Source: Parvibaculaceae bacterium (GTDB lineage Bacteria > Pseudomonadota > Alphaproteobacteria > RS24). Taken from it: a stretch of DNA of 64,000 nt. A program made the translations under genes and the position numbers. Each line of letters begins with the position of its first letter. Position 1 is the first letter of the stretch. Below the pieces are notes generated by a model. The model searched no databases. It saw only the letters and a program-made list of their open reading frames with translations, and was not told the origin of the DNA. Positions 41,702-51,374 of the stretch are shown here, piece by piece. Location of the stretch: contig OZ244224.1 of the NCBI GenBank assembly GCA_965217015.1, positions 1,595,067 to 1,659,066 on the forward strand, read 5' to 3'.

Positions 41702-42802
41702 TTAAACAGGCGGTGTGAGCTCGGCCAATGGCCAGCGGGCGCGTGGCGCAAGGGTGAGGGGGTCAGTCTGTCCGTGCAGCAGCCTTTCCGCGCCTGCCCA
41801 AGCAATCATGGCGGCATTATCCGTGCAATATTCAGGCGGCGCGACATTGAGCGCAAAGTCAAATGTGTCTGCACATGTTGTAAGTGTTTCAAAAATATAG
41901 CGATTGGCCGCCACGCCACCGGCAATCACCAAGTGATGCGGCCTGTCAGGGTATTGGTCGGCAAATTTTTGCATGGCATTGGCGCACCGCTCGCGCAAAC
42001 AATCTGTGAGTGCGGTTTGAAAGCTGGCGGCAAGGTCGGCTATATCTTGCGCGCTGACAGGCTCCATAGCTTTAGCTTTGACACGCAAGGCTGTTTTCAA
42101 CCCCGAAAATGAGAAATTACAACTGCCATCATGTTGCAGCGGGCGCGGCAATTGAACCGCCAATGGGTCGCCCTGTCTTGCGTGTTTTTCAATCTCGGGC
42201 CCGCCCGGATACCCTAACCCCATGAGCTTGGCTGCCTTGTCAAATGCCTCGCCAGCAGCATCGTCTAGCGTGCTGCCATAAATTTCATAATCACCCAAAC
42301 CATGCACGCATATAAGCTGGCAATGCCCGCCTGAAACCAGCAATACCAGATAGGGGAAGGGCATGATTTGCGCTGGCTGGCTGGTCAGGCGAATGGTGAG
42401 CACATGCGCTTCAAGGTGGTTCACACCGATAAATGGTTTTTGTGCCGCTAAGGCCAGTGATTTACCAGTGACCAGCCCAACCATCACCCCGCCAATCAGG
42501 CCTGGCCCAGCCGTTGCAGCAATGGCATCAAGCTCTGATAGCGTGCAATTGGCCTCTTGCAATGCGCTTTCAATTAAACCATCAAGTTTAGTCACATGCG
42601 CGCGCGCCGCAATTTCAGGCACCACGCCGCCATAGGGTTCATGGTCATCAATCTGGCTAAAAACCTGATTGGATAAAACCTCGCCCTCAATCATCTGCGC
42701 CGCATCATTTTTAGCATGATGCGCGCGCAAACGCACAATCGCGGCAGCGGTTTCATCGCAACTGGTTTCCAGCCCCAGAACTTTCATTTCCCGCATGGAC
42801 AT
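41702..42802 (-). CDS. tsaD: tRNA N6-adenosine threonylcarbamoyltransferase
   Basis: 366 aa with VLGLETSCDETAAAIV and the HLEAH metal site. Confidence 0.95.
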   Translation of the reverse strand: MSMREMKVLGLETSCDETAAAIVRLRAHHAKNDAAQMIEGEVLSNQVFSQIDDHEPYGGVVPEIAARAHVTKLDGLIESALQEANCTLSELDAIAATAGPGLIGGVMVGLVTGKSLALAAQKPFIGVNHLEAHVLTIRLTSQPAQIMPFPYLVLLVSGGHCQLICVHGLGDYEIYGSTLDDAAGEAFDKAAKLMGLGYPGGPEIEKHARQGDPLAVQLPRPLQHDGSCNFSFSGLKTALRVKAKAMEPVSAQDIADLAASFQTALTDCLRERCANAMQKFADQYPDRPHHLVIAGGVAANRYIFETLTTCADTFDFALNVAPPEYCTDNAAMIAWAGAERLLHGQTDPLTLAPRARWPLAELTPPV

Positions 42803-42936
42803 AAACGTACTCAGAATTGCTCAGATTTATAATTCATGCTTGTTATGTAGCGGATAATCGGCATTATGCCAATATAAGCCTCTATTATGAAACCTGTGAA
42901 GAAATCTGTTCTGATTGCAATTATGGTGAAACTCAG

Positions 42937-43995
42937 ATGCGTGATGTAATAAAAATTGGGACTCGAAAATCGCCTCTTGCGCTGGCGCAAACCGAGCAAT
43001 TTGTAGAGGAATTTTGCGCAGCATTAGGGCTCGCGCGCACGCATGTCGATATTATTGGTCTCAGTACGCGGGGCGATGAAATTCTGGACCAGCCCTTAGC
43101 CGAAATTGGTGGCAAAGGCTTATTCACACAAGAATTAGAAGCCGGTTTGCAATCTGGTAGCTTAGATATGGCGGTGCATTCGCTCAAAGACTTACCAACC
43201 AAAATGCCAGATGGGCTGGCGCTGGGTTGCGTGCCACGCCGCGAGGACCCGCGCGATGTGTTGGTCATGGCAAATCCGCCCGCGCTGGCAGATGACATGA
43301 TGCAGGAAATTGGCATGTTGGCGAATTTTGAATTGCTGCCAGCGGGTGCGGTGATTGGCTCTGCCTCATTACGGCGTACAGCACAAATTTTAAACCAGCG
43401 GCCTGACTTGGAAACACAATCATTGCGCGGCAATGTTGCGACTCGCATCAAAAAACTATCCTCGAAAGATGGCCCACGCGCCACGCTATTGGCGCAGGCT
43501 GGGTTAAATCGTTTGCAAAAGCCCTCAAGCCAGCAAGCCCTGAAACCCCAAGCCCAAAACCAGCAAACCCTGAAACAGGAGCAGCCGGTTGGGTTCTTTC
43601 CGCTTGACCCAAATCTGATGCTGCCAGCGGCGGGGCAAGGCGCGCTGGGGATTCAATGCCGTGCTGATGATGCGGCGCTTATCGACCAACTCATGCATGT
43701 TGATTGCTTGTTCACGCGCTGCTGTGTGACGGCAGAGCGCACATATTTGGGCGCGTTGGAAGGCTCATGCCGCACGCCCATTGCGGCTTTTGCGCAGATA
43801 CAAAATGGTGCGCTGGTGCTGACAACCCGTCTTTTGTCAGATGATGGGGCGCAGATGTATGAACATCAAGAAACCCATGCGATTGATATGAGCGCGCCAC
43901 GGGATGATATTCTGGGGCTGGCTGAAAAAATTGGCTTGGTCGCTGCGCATCAGGCGCGGCAAGACCGGCCTGACCTGCTGCCAAAAGTCGAATGA
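42937..43995 (+). CDS. hemC: porphobilinogen deaminase (hydroxymethylbilane synthase)
   Basis: MRDVIKIGTRKSPLALAQT start at 42937. The 40-codon extension in the ORF track has no hemC-like sequence. It carries a Gln-rich insertion with a 30-bp duplication (43531-43546 / 43561-43576). Confidence 0.9.
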   Translation: MRDVIKIGTRKSPLALAQTEQFVEEFCAALGLARTHVDIIGLSTRGDEILDQPLAEIGGKGLFTQELEAGLQSGSLDMAVHSLKDLPTKMPDGLALGCVPRREDPRDVLVMANPPALADDMMQEIGMLANFELLPAGAVIGSASLRRTAQILNQRPDLETQSLRGNVATRIKKLSSKDGPRATLLAQAGLNRLQKPSSQQALKPQAQNQQTLKQEQPVGFFPLDPNLMLPAAGQGALGIQCRADDAALIDQLMHVDCLFTRCCVTAERTYLGALEGSCRTPIAAFAQIQNGALVLTTRLLSDDGAQMYEHQETHAIDMSAPRDDILGLAEKIGLVAAHQARQDRPDLLPKVE

Positions 43996-44010
43996 AAATG
44001 GAACTGTGTC

Positions 44011-44805
44011 GTGGCGGATAATGTGACAAATCAAAAAACTATTTTGATAACCCGCCCGGCGGAAGATGCTGATGGGCTGCAGCACAAATTAGAGGCGCGG
44101 GGCTATGCGGTTATATCTTCGCCTGTGATTGAGATAAATTACACACGACCAAGCCCTGCGCCAACTGAAGCGACCATGCCGCAGGAAACATCAACAGACC
44201 CCGCCAAGCAGATTTCTGCAAACGATGTTTATGCATTTACCAGCGCCAATGGGGTACGGGCGGCGGCGCATTATCATTTGCCAAAGCGCCATGCTTTTGC
44301 GGTGGGGCCTGCAACCTATAATTGCTGTCAGGAATTTGGATTTGAGGCCAGCCAAGCCGAAGGTGATGTGGCGGCATTGGCAGGTTTGATTGCGGCTTCA
44401 GCCCAGCAAGGCTTGATATCTGATGAGGCTGTCATCTGGCATATTGCTGGGCGCGATAAAGCAGGAGATTTGATTGGTGCGCTCACCCAGAAAGGGTTGA
44501 TGGCTCAAGCTCTCAACCTTTATCAGGCGCAGGCCAGCGCGGGCTTCACGCCGTCGGCATTGGCAGCTTTAGTGCAAAATGACATATCGGCGGTGATGCT
44601 TTATTCCAAACGAAGCGCGCAAATTTTTTTCGATTTGGTAGAGGCTCAAAATCTGATGGAAAATTTACGCCAGCAAGATTTAGCCTTTTTGTGCCTGTCG
44701 CCAAATGTTGCAGAGATTTGCCGCGATGCGGGTTTTCGTCAGCTTTATGTCGCGCCCACGCCTGATGAAGAGGCGCTGCTGAATTGTCTTGATGTTTTAT
44801 CTTGA
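44011..44805 (+). CDS. hemD: uroporphyrinogen-III synthase
   Basis: 264 aa. ILITRPAEDA ... LEARGY N-terminus, positioned directly after hemC. Confidence 0.7.
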   Translation: MADNVTNQKTILITRPAEDADGLQHKLEARGYAVISSPVIEINYTRPSPAPTEATMPQETSTDPAKQISANDVYAFTSANGVRAAAHYHLPKRHAFAVGPATYNCCQEFGFEASQAEGDVAALAGLIAASAQQGLISDEAVIWHIAGRDKAGDLIGALTQKGLMAQALNLYQAQASAGFTPSALAALVQNDISAVMLYSKRSAQIFFDLVEAQNLMENLRQQDLAFLCLSPNVAEICRDAGFRQLYVAPTPDEEALLNCLDVLS

Positions 44806-44825
44806 TGTTTTGTCTTGATGTCTTG
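44787..44825 (+). repeat. 13-bp x 3 tandem repeat spanning the hemD stop codon
   Basis: TCTTGATGTTTTA TCTTGATGTTTTG TCTTGATGTCTTG. Confidence 0.9.
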
Positions 44826-44912
44826 TATGAGAGCCCGATATGAAAAGAAAATTTTTTGGTTTTCATAAATCAGTTTAGACTAATTAAACCGATATGAGCG
44901 ATAGATACAGGC

Positions 44913-46058
44913 ATGGCCGGAAAACGCAAAAAACCAGAAGCTGATATTTTGACACCGCAAAATAGCCAACAAGACACGCGGCGCGGGGCGCGTGAGGACG
45001 GCTCAACACCACCGCCTTCTGGTGCGCCGATTATTGATATGACCGACCCCAAAAAATCAGGATTTGCGGCGGGGCTTTTTTGGGGCGTTGCAGGCGGGCT
45101 GATGGGCAGCGCGGCAATGGTCGCATTGATTTATACAGCGTATTTTACGGGCAAGCCTTTGCCGTCTCCTTTTGCGCCCGCGCCCCTTTCTCAAGCGCAA
45201 GAACAAAAGCTGGTAAAAGTGGAACAGCGGGTTGAAAATATTGAAAACAATCAGCAACGGGTCGGGGCGGCTTTAGATGTTTTTGCAGAGATAGATGGTC
45301 GGCTGGGCGACTTGCGCACGCAATATGATGAGGATATGGCAGCGGCGCAGCAAAATCTGGCGGCCTTACGCCAAGCCCAGCAACAGCTTGAGGCAACACT
45401 CAGTCAGCGGCCTGCCACCAGCCCATCACAATCGCAAACCGCCGCTATGCCAGAAACAGAATTATGGCAATCCATATTGCTGGCTCAATTGGGGCATGCA
45501 GTGATGCTGGGTCAGCCTTATGCACTAGAATTGTCCGCGCTGCAGCAAACCCTTTCCCCAAAAGAAGCGGCAGCGTTGGAAAAACTTTCCCCCTATGCGG
45601 ATAATGGATTGCCGCCCCTTCATGTCTTAATGCGTGAGTATCAAAACCGCTTGCCTGATTTGTTGTCAGACTGGCGGCGGCAACAGGCGCAGGGTTTTTG
45701 GGGACTTACAAAAGCCATGTTACAAAATTTAATGACCATACGCCCAGTGCGTCCCGTGCGTCCAGCCCTGAACACAAATAGTGACGAGACAATTAGTGAC
45801 GAGACAAATACTGAAGAAATGGCGCGGGCAGATGTTGAACAGCTTTTATGGCGCATTGATGATGGCTTAACCCATATCCATAATGGCGGCGCACGGCTTG
45901 AGGGTCTTGAAAAAATACAAAGCCTTTTGACGCGTTTGCCCAACACGATACAAGCGGATTTATCCGACTGGTCTGATAAAATTAAAGCGCGTGTGCAGGC
46001 AGAAAACCTTTTAAGGAGCTTATCTGGCCGCCTCGCTAAAACACAAAGGGGGCCTTGA
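44913..46058 (+). CDS. alphaproteobacterial Mic60/mitofilin-like membrane protein (COG4223-type)
   Basis: 381 aa with an N-terminal TM (FAAGLFWGVAGGLMGSAAMVALIY), a coiled-coil middle and a mitofilin-like C-terminus (...LSDWSDKIKARVQAENLLRSL). Conserved position between hemD and the hemY-like gene. Confidence 0.7.
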   Translation: MAGKRKKPEADILTPQNSQQDTRRGAREDGSTPPPSGAPIIDMTDPKKSGFAAGLFWGVAGGLMGSAAMVALIYTAYFTGKPLPSPFAPAPLSQAQEQKLVKVEQRVENIENNQQRVGAALDVFAEIDGRLGDLRTQYDEDMAAAQQNLAALRQAQQQLEATLSQRPATSPSQSQTAAMPETELWQSILLAQLGHAVMLGQPYALELSALQQTLSPKEAAALEKLSPYADNGLPPLHVLMREYQNRLPDLLSDWRRQQAQGFWGLTKAMLQNLMTIRPVRPVRPALNTNSDETISDETNTEEMARADVEQLLWRIDDGLTHIHNGGARLEGLEKIQSLLTRLPNTIQADLSDWSDKIKARVQAENLLRSLSGRLAKTQRGP

Positions 46059-47458
46059 TGCGCCGTCTTTTGGGGTCACTTATAATGCTTACGGTGTTGG
46101 GACTAGCGGCCATTTGGGTGCGTGCCAATCCCGGCTCTGTCGAATTTGTCTGGCAGGGATATGAGGTACGTTTTTCAGCGGCCTTATTTTTGCTCTTCGC
46201 TTTGGTTTTTGCAGTGGCTCTTTTGCTGGTGGCCAAATTTTTTCGGCATATACGAGATTGGCCAAACCGGTTGCGCGCGAAACGCCAGCGCCAACGCCAA
46301 GAAGAGGTCACTCAGGCTGTTGCCTCAGGCATGATGGCGCTGTCAGATGGGCGCGGTGGCGAGGCAGCACAAGCAGCCCTGCAAGCACGCAAGGCGTTGC
46401 CAAATGATAGCCTGTCATTGATGTTATCGGCGCAGGCGGCGCGCTTAAATGGTCATTATGATGAAGAAGAAGCGCATTATCGCCGTATGATTGGCGAAGA
46501 CCAGTCAGCCAGTGATGGCCAAACAGGGCTTATTGGTTTGCGCGGTCTTTTGCGTCTCGCGCTTGAAAAAAATGATACCCATGCGGTGCGTGTCCATGCG
46601 CAACGCGCCCTGACTGTGGCCCCAAAAACCAGCTGGGCTTTGGAGGCAATGTTTTTGCTCGAAGCGCAAAAAGGGCATTGGGATAAGGCTGAAAATTGGT
46701 TGCAGCAACTTGGCAAAACAGGCGAGATGGCACGGCCAGAATTTAATCGGCGGCAGGCTGTTTTATGCATCGCCGCCGCGCAGGATTTAGGCGCAACCGA
46801 GCAGCTTGAAGACCGCCAATTGGCGATGAAAAAAATTCAAAAAGCGCTTAAATTAGCGCCGGACTTTATGCCCGCATTTCGGTTGGGCGCGCGGTTTTTG
46901 GCTGGTGATAAGGCCGCTCAAAAAAGAAAACTTGCGCGCCAGATTGAAAAAAACTGGAAGCGGCAGCCGCATCCAGAACTGGCCAAAGCTTATAAGGAAA
47001 TTTATCCGGGTCGTTCGGCTTTGCAGCAATTAAAGGCGGTTCAAAAACTCATTGCCAGCAAGCCGCAGCATTTGGAAAGCCTCTATGCGCTTGGCGAGGC
47101 GGCCATCACGGCGCGGCGCTGGGGCTTGGCGCGGGTTACATTGGAAACCGAGATTGCTAAAAAAGCATCTGATAAGGCGCTTGACCAGCGTTACTATCGG
47201 TTGATGGCCCAGCTTGAGAGTGGCGAGAATGAGAATGAAAGCGCCGCACGAGCATGGCTTGATAAAGCCCTGAGCGCACCAGCTGCGCCGGGCTGGGTGA
47301 GCCCAACTGGGGAGCAGATGGACTGGCAAGCCCTTTGCCCACAAACCGGTGCGTTTGATGCCTTTGAGTGGCATCGCGGGGAGGGCATGACAAAAGGGGT
47401 GACTTTATCAGCCACCCCTTCATCAAAAACGGTCACGCTTGCACCGTCAGAAAATTAA
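46058..47458 (+). CDS. HemY-like TPR membrane protein
   Basis: Two N-terminal TM helices followed by TPR-like repeats. The ATG at 46058 overlaps the upstream stop (TGATG). Confidence 0.7.
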   Translation: MRRLLGSLIMLTVLGLAAIWVRANPGSVEFVWQGYEVRFSAALFLLFALVFAVALLLVAKFFRHIRDWPNRLRAKRQRQRQEEVTQAVASGMMALSDGRGGEAAQAALQARKALPNDSLSLMLSAQAARLNGHYDEEEAHYRRMIGEDQSASDGQTGLIGLRGLLRLALEKNDTHAVRVHAQRALTVAPKTSWALEAMFLLEAQKGHWDKAENWLQQLGKTGEMARPEFNRRQAVLCIAAAQDLGATEQLEDRQLAMKKIQKALKLAPDFMPAFRLGARFLAGDKAAQKRKLARQIEKNWKRQPHPELAKAYKEIYPGRSALQQLKAVQKLIASKPQHLESLYALGEAAITARRWGLARVTLETEIAKKASDKALDQRYYRLMAQLESGENENESAARAWLDKALSAPAAPGWVSPTGEQMDWQALCPQTGAFDAFEWHRGEGMTKGVTLSATPSSKTVTLAPSEN

Positions 47459-47472
47459 GCGCATGCAAAATG

Positions 47473-48630
47473 TTAGAAGCTAAACTGCGCTTGGACACCC
47501 ATACTATGGTCGAGACTCATTTGAGGCCCGTGCAAATCTTCATAAACCGGTGCGGTCACAAAAACACTCAGCCTGTCTTTTAAGCTGAGCCGGGCTGTGA
47601 GTGTGGCGCGTTGACCGCCATAAAACCGTGTTTGTGCTGTTTGCACCGGCGCATTAATGAGCGGGTCTTTGCCATCAATACTGGCCGCAGAGCGCATATC
47701 CAAATCAAGGCTGGCCAAAAATTCACCGACAGGTCTGCCAATGGAAAGACCGGCTTGAATTTCATCGCCATAGGCATAGCCATCATCGCCGCGCCCTAAA
47801 CGAATGAGTGCCGAGAAAGAGGTCTCAATGCGCCAGTCACCTGCACTGAAGCGACCTTGCAAACTTGGCTTGATATCAAATGTGCCAGAGCCAAGCTGCA
47901 TGCCATATGGCAAACGCTTCAATGCATATTGCCCCATCGGTGTCAAAACAACGCCTTGTTCATCAGTGCTGCCTGTGGGCAGGCTAAGCTCCGCCATTGC
48001 AGTCCAATTGCCGTGATTTGTCTCCCGAATTGGGCGCGCGATTTTGACTTTAATATCGCCAAGCCCTTCGGATGTGGTTTGAAACGCCCCAATCGCAGTG
48101 CCATTGGCATTATAGCTGCGAATGCGCATTTCTTTTTCAATATAAGGCACCATAATCATCAGATGTGTGTGATTGGACAATTTGGTCATGGCGCCTGCCA
48201 TTATCATCATGCTGTCCATTTCTTCTGGCACCATGCGCAACTGGCTAAACATGCCGCCATTTTGATTAGCGGCGGCGAGGATTTGCGCATTGGTGGCATT
48301 ATCCTGACCGATTTTGCTGCCCCGCATATGCATTTGCATAACTTTTAAAGAAAACCGCACTTTGCCAGTTTCATGGCCAGCTTCATGGCCAGCTTCATGG
48401 CCAGCTTCATGAAATGCGTGCGGGTCACCATGCCCGTGATGGTTATGTCGGTTTTGGCTTTCCTGTTGACGGGTATATTCGGCTGCGGTTTCAAGGCTAT
48501 AGCCGCCTTCATCGTCTCCTGGCTCACCAGCGAATAGTTGTGCCGCGCTAAGAACAAGCGCAAAGAGGCATATCACTGCCGTTTGAAACATCACACGCAT
48601 GGGGTTTTGAAAAATCTTGATTCTTGTCAT
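47473..48630 (-). CDS. outer-membrane beta-barrel protein with His/Met-rich N-terminal region
   Basis: Signal peptide (VICLFALVLSAAQLFA), then HNHHGHGDPHAFHEAGHEAGHEAGHETG and Met-rich stretches (MQMHMRG, MDSMMIMAGAM). Alternating beta-strand pattern with terminal ...VQAQFSF. The start may be the internal ATG at 48600. Confidence 0.7.
   Translation of the reverse strand: MTRIKIFQNPMRVMFQTAVICLFALVLSAAQLFAGEPGDDEGGYSLETAAEYTRQQESQNRHNHHGHGDPHAFHEAGHEAGHEAGHETGKVRFSLKVMQMHMRGSKIGQDNATNAQILAAANQNGGMFSQLRMVPEEMDSMMIMAGAMTKLSNHTHLMIMVPYIEKEMRIRSYNANGTAIGAFQTTSEGLGDIKVKIARPIRETNHGNWTAMAELSLPTGSTDEQGVVLTPMGQYALKRLPYGMQLGSGTFDIKPSLQGRFSAGDWRIETSFSALIRLGRGDDGYAYGDEIQAGLSIGRPVGEFLASLDLDMRSAASIDGKDPLINAPVQTAQTRFYGGQRATLTARLSLKDRLSVFVTAPVYEDLHGPQMSLDHSMGVQAQFSF
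48370..48411 (-). repeat. 12-bp x 3.5 in-frame repeat encoding (HEAG)n
   Basis: TTCATGGCCAGC x3 plus TTCATG on the plus strand. Confidence 0.95.
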
Positions 48631-48823
48631 GGTCTTTTTATTGCATATCCTTATCGGTTAATGGCCCAAGCCTTACGGCTCAATACCGCTGCTTATAGGC
48701 GCAATTTGTGGAAATTTTAAGGCAAATCGTCTAAATGCGAAAAAATGCCGCAAGTTTTCGCGCGCAGAGGCTTGCACCTTGCGGGCATGCGCTTTACATA
48801 AAGGTAAGGCTTTGGAGGATTAC

Positions 48824-49102
48824 ATGCATTCCGTCTTAATGCTCATATCGCGGCTGATTGATTTTTACAGCCTGATTATTTTTGCTAGCGTCATCATGTC
48901 TTGGCTTGTGGCCTTTAATATTGTGAATATCCGCAATCGCTTTGTTTATAATGTGGCGCAATTTATTAACCAAATGACCGAGCCACTTTACCGGCAAATC
49001 CGCAAAGTGTTGCCGCCGATTGGCGGTTTAGACCTCTCGCCGATTATTGTCATTTTTGGTCTTTGGTTCTTGCGCGATCTGTTATGGGAAATCTTTGGAT
49101 GA
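48824..49102 (+). CDS. YggT family membrane protein
   Basis: ATG at 48824 after GGAGG. The YggT-like motif is ...[25 protein letters not shown].... Confidence 0.8.
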   Translation: MHSVLMLISRLIDFYSLIIFASVIMSWLVAFNIVNIRNRFVYNVAQFINQMTEPLYRQIRKVLPPIGGLDLSPIIVIFGLWFLRDLLWEIFG

Positions 49103-49992
49103 GTGCAAATTTGATTGATGGCAAAGCCATTGCAGCAGAGTTAAGAGGTAAAATTGGCGAGGCTGTCGCCACTTTGCAAGCCACACATGGCGTCACGCCA
49201 GGTCTGGCGGTGGTGCTTGTAGGCGAAGATCCGGCCAGTCAGGTTTATGTGCGCAATAAGGGCATTGCGACCAAAGAGGCGGGTATGAATTCATTTGAAT
49301 TTAAGCTCCCCGCCGATACGCCGCAGGACACATTGCTTAAAAAAGTCAAAGAGCTCAACGCCCAAGATGATGTTGATGGCATTTTGGTGCAGTTTCCCGT
49401 GCCGCAGCAAATCAGCCAGCAAACTGTGATTGATACCATTAGCCCTGATAAAGATGTTGATGGCTTGCACCCGATAAATGCTGGGCGTTTGGCGTCTGGC
49501 CTGCCGGCCATGGTGCCTTGCACGCCGCTGGGCAGTGTGATTTTGGCCAAGCAAACTTTAGGTGATTTAACTGGCAAGCATGCGGTGATTATTGGCCGCT
49601 CAAACTTGGTTGGAAAGCCTGTTGCGCAATTGCTGCTCAATGAAAATTGTACCGTTACCATTGCTCATTCGCGCACGCAAAATCTTGCCGAGGTTTGTCG
49701 TGGTGCGGATATTCTGGTCGCGGCTGTCGGCATTCCAGAAATGGTGCAAGCTGACTGGGTCAAGCCTGGCGCTTGCATTATTGATGTCGGCATTAACCGC
49801 GTTGACGCGCCTGAAAAGGGCGAAGGCAAAACCAGATTGGTCGGCGATGTTGCTTTTTCTGACGCAGCTGAAATTGCGGGTCACATCACACCCGTGCCGG
49901 GCGGTGTGGGGCCCATGACCATTGCGTGCTTGTTGCGCAATACGGTGACTGCCGCCACCCGCCGCCGTAATTTGCCAGAGCTGGCGCTTTAG
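49099..49992 (+). CDS. folD: bifunctional methylenetetrahydrofolate dehydrogenase / methenyltetrahydrofolate cyclohydrolase
   Basis: [12 protein letters not shown] start overlaps the yggT stop (ATGA). [13 protein letters not shown] and [10 protein letters not shown] motifs. Confidence 0.95.
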   Translation: MSANLIDGKAIAAELRGKIGEAVATLQATHGVTPGLAVVLVGEDPASQVYVRNKGIATKEAGMNSFEFKLPADTPQDTLLKKVKELNAQDDVDGILVQFPVPQQISQQTVIDTISPDKDVDGLHPINAGRLASGLPAMVPCTPLGSVILAKQTLGDLTGKHAVIIGRSNLVGKPVAQLLLNENCTVTIAHSRTQNLAEVCRGADILVAAVGIPEMVQADWVKPGACIIDVGINRVDAPEKGEGKTRLVGDVAFSDAAEIAGHITPVPGGVGPMTIACLLRNTVTAATRRRNLPELAL

Positions 49993-51203
49993 TTACGCCG
50001 CCCCAGCAGTTTAAGCCGCAAAGCATTGAGCTTGATAAAGCCTTCCGCATCTTGCTGGTCATACACCACATCTTCTTCAAAAGTGACATGCGCTTCTGAA
50101 TATAAAGAATAGGGCGACCGGCGCGATACAATGGTTGCGCTGCCTTTATAAAGCCGCACCACAACCTCGCCCGTCACATGGCTTTGGCTGGCATCAATTG
50201 CAGCTTGTAGCATGTCGCGCTCGGGCGCAAACCAGAAACCATTATAAATAAGTTCGGCATAGCGTGGCATCAGCTCGTCTTTCAAATGCATCGCACCACG
50301 GTCTAAAGTGATGGACTCAATGCCGCGATGAGCGGTGAGCAAAATTGTGCCGCCAGGCGTTTCATATACCCCGCGTGATTTCATGCCAACATACCGATTT
50401 TCAACCAAATCTAACCGGCCAATGCCATTGGCTCCGCCCAGCTCATTCAGCTTTGTTAACAAAGCGGCGGGCGACAGCTTTTCGCCATCAATCGATACCG
50501 CATCACCGGCTTCAAAACCAATCGTGATGTCGGTTGGCGTGTCCGGGGCGTCTTGCGGCGAGAGGGTGCGCTGGTACACAAATTCAGGACAAGGCTCAGC
50601 AGGGTCTTCTAACACTTTGCCTTCGCTTGAGGTGTGCAACAAATTCGCATCGACAGAAAACGGCGCTTCACCGCGCTTGTCTTTTGGCACCGGAATTTGA
50701 TTTTGCTCGGCATAGGCAATCAGCTTTTCACGGCTGTTCAAATCCCATTCGCGCCATGGCGCAATCACTTTAATATCTGGATTGCAGGCATAGTAACCCA
50801 GCTCAAACCTGACCTGATCATTGCCTTTGCCAGTTGCGCCATGACACACCGCATCGGCGCCTGTCGCGGCGGCAATTTCGACTTGCCGTTTGGCGATAAG
50901 CGGGCGGGCAATAGAAGTGCCGAGCAAATAAACCCCTTCATAAAGCGCATTGGCGCGAAACATCGGGAACACATAATCGCGGACAAATTCTTCCCGCAAA
51001 TCCTCAATGAAAATTTCTTTAATGCCAAGCATTTCTGCTTTTTGCCGCGCAGGTTCTAATTCTTCACCTTGCCCCAAATCAGCTGTGAAAGTCACCACTT
51101 CGCAATCATAGGTTTCTTGAAGCCATTTCAAAATAATACTGGTGTCCAGCCCACCTGAATAGGCCAGCACAACTTTGTTAATGTCTTTTGTGTCTGCTGT
51201 CAT
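49989..51203 (-). CDS. argG: argininosuccinate synthase
   Basis: 404 aa with [11 protein letters not shown] and [13 protein letters not shown]. Confidence 0.95.
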   Translation of the reverse strand: MTADTKDINKVVLAYSGGLDTSIILKWLQETYDCEVVTFTADLGQGEELEPARQKAEMLGIKEIFIEDLREEFVRDYVFPMFRANALYEGVYLLGTSIARPLIAKRQVEIAAATGADAVCHGATGKGNDQVRFELGYYACNPDIKVIAPWREWDLNSREKLIAYAEQNQIPVPKDKRGEAPFSVDANLLHTSSEGKVLEDPAEPCPEFVYQRTLSPQDAPDTPTDITIGFEAGDAVSIDGEKLSPAALLTKLNELGGANGIGRLDLVENRYVGMKSRGVYETPGGTILLTAHRGIESITLDRGAMHLKDELMPRYAELIYNGFWFAPERDMLQAAIDASQSHVTGEVVVRLYKGSATIVSRRSPYSLYSEAHVTFEEDVVYDQQDAEGFIKLNALRLKLLGRRN

Positions 51204-51374
51204 AATCTGTCTCAGCTCTCATCATTCTATATCTGCATATTGCCGCATTCTTGCGGTCTTTATAAGACAAATCAAGACAAGTGCAAGCCTTGTAACAGCT
51301 TATGGGTGCTTAAGGCTTGTTTTTGTTATGATACTGGCTAATTTATAAGGCGAAGTTTTAGGAAAGAGGCGTTT

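Noticed and set aside
42817-42936. A 40-codon N-terminal extension of hemC in the ORF track.
   Set aside because: The extension (MLRFIIHACYVADNRHY...) is Cys-rich and not hemC-like. The conserved hemC N-terminus MRDVIKIGTRKSPLALAQ begins at 42937.
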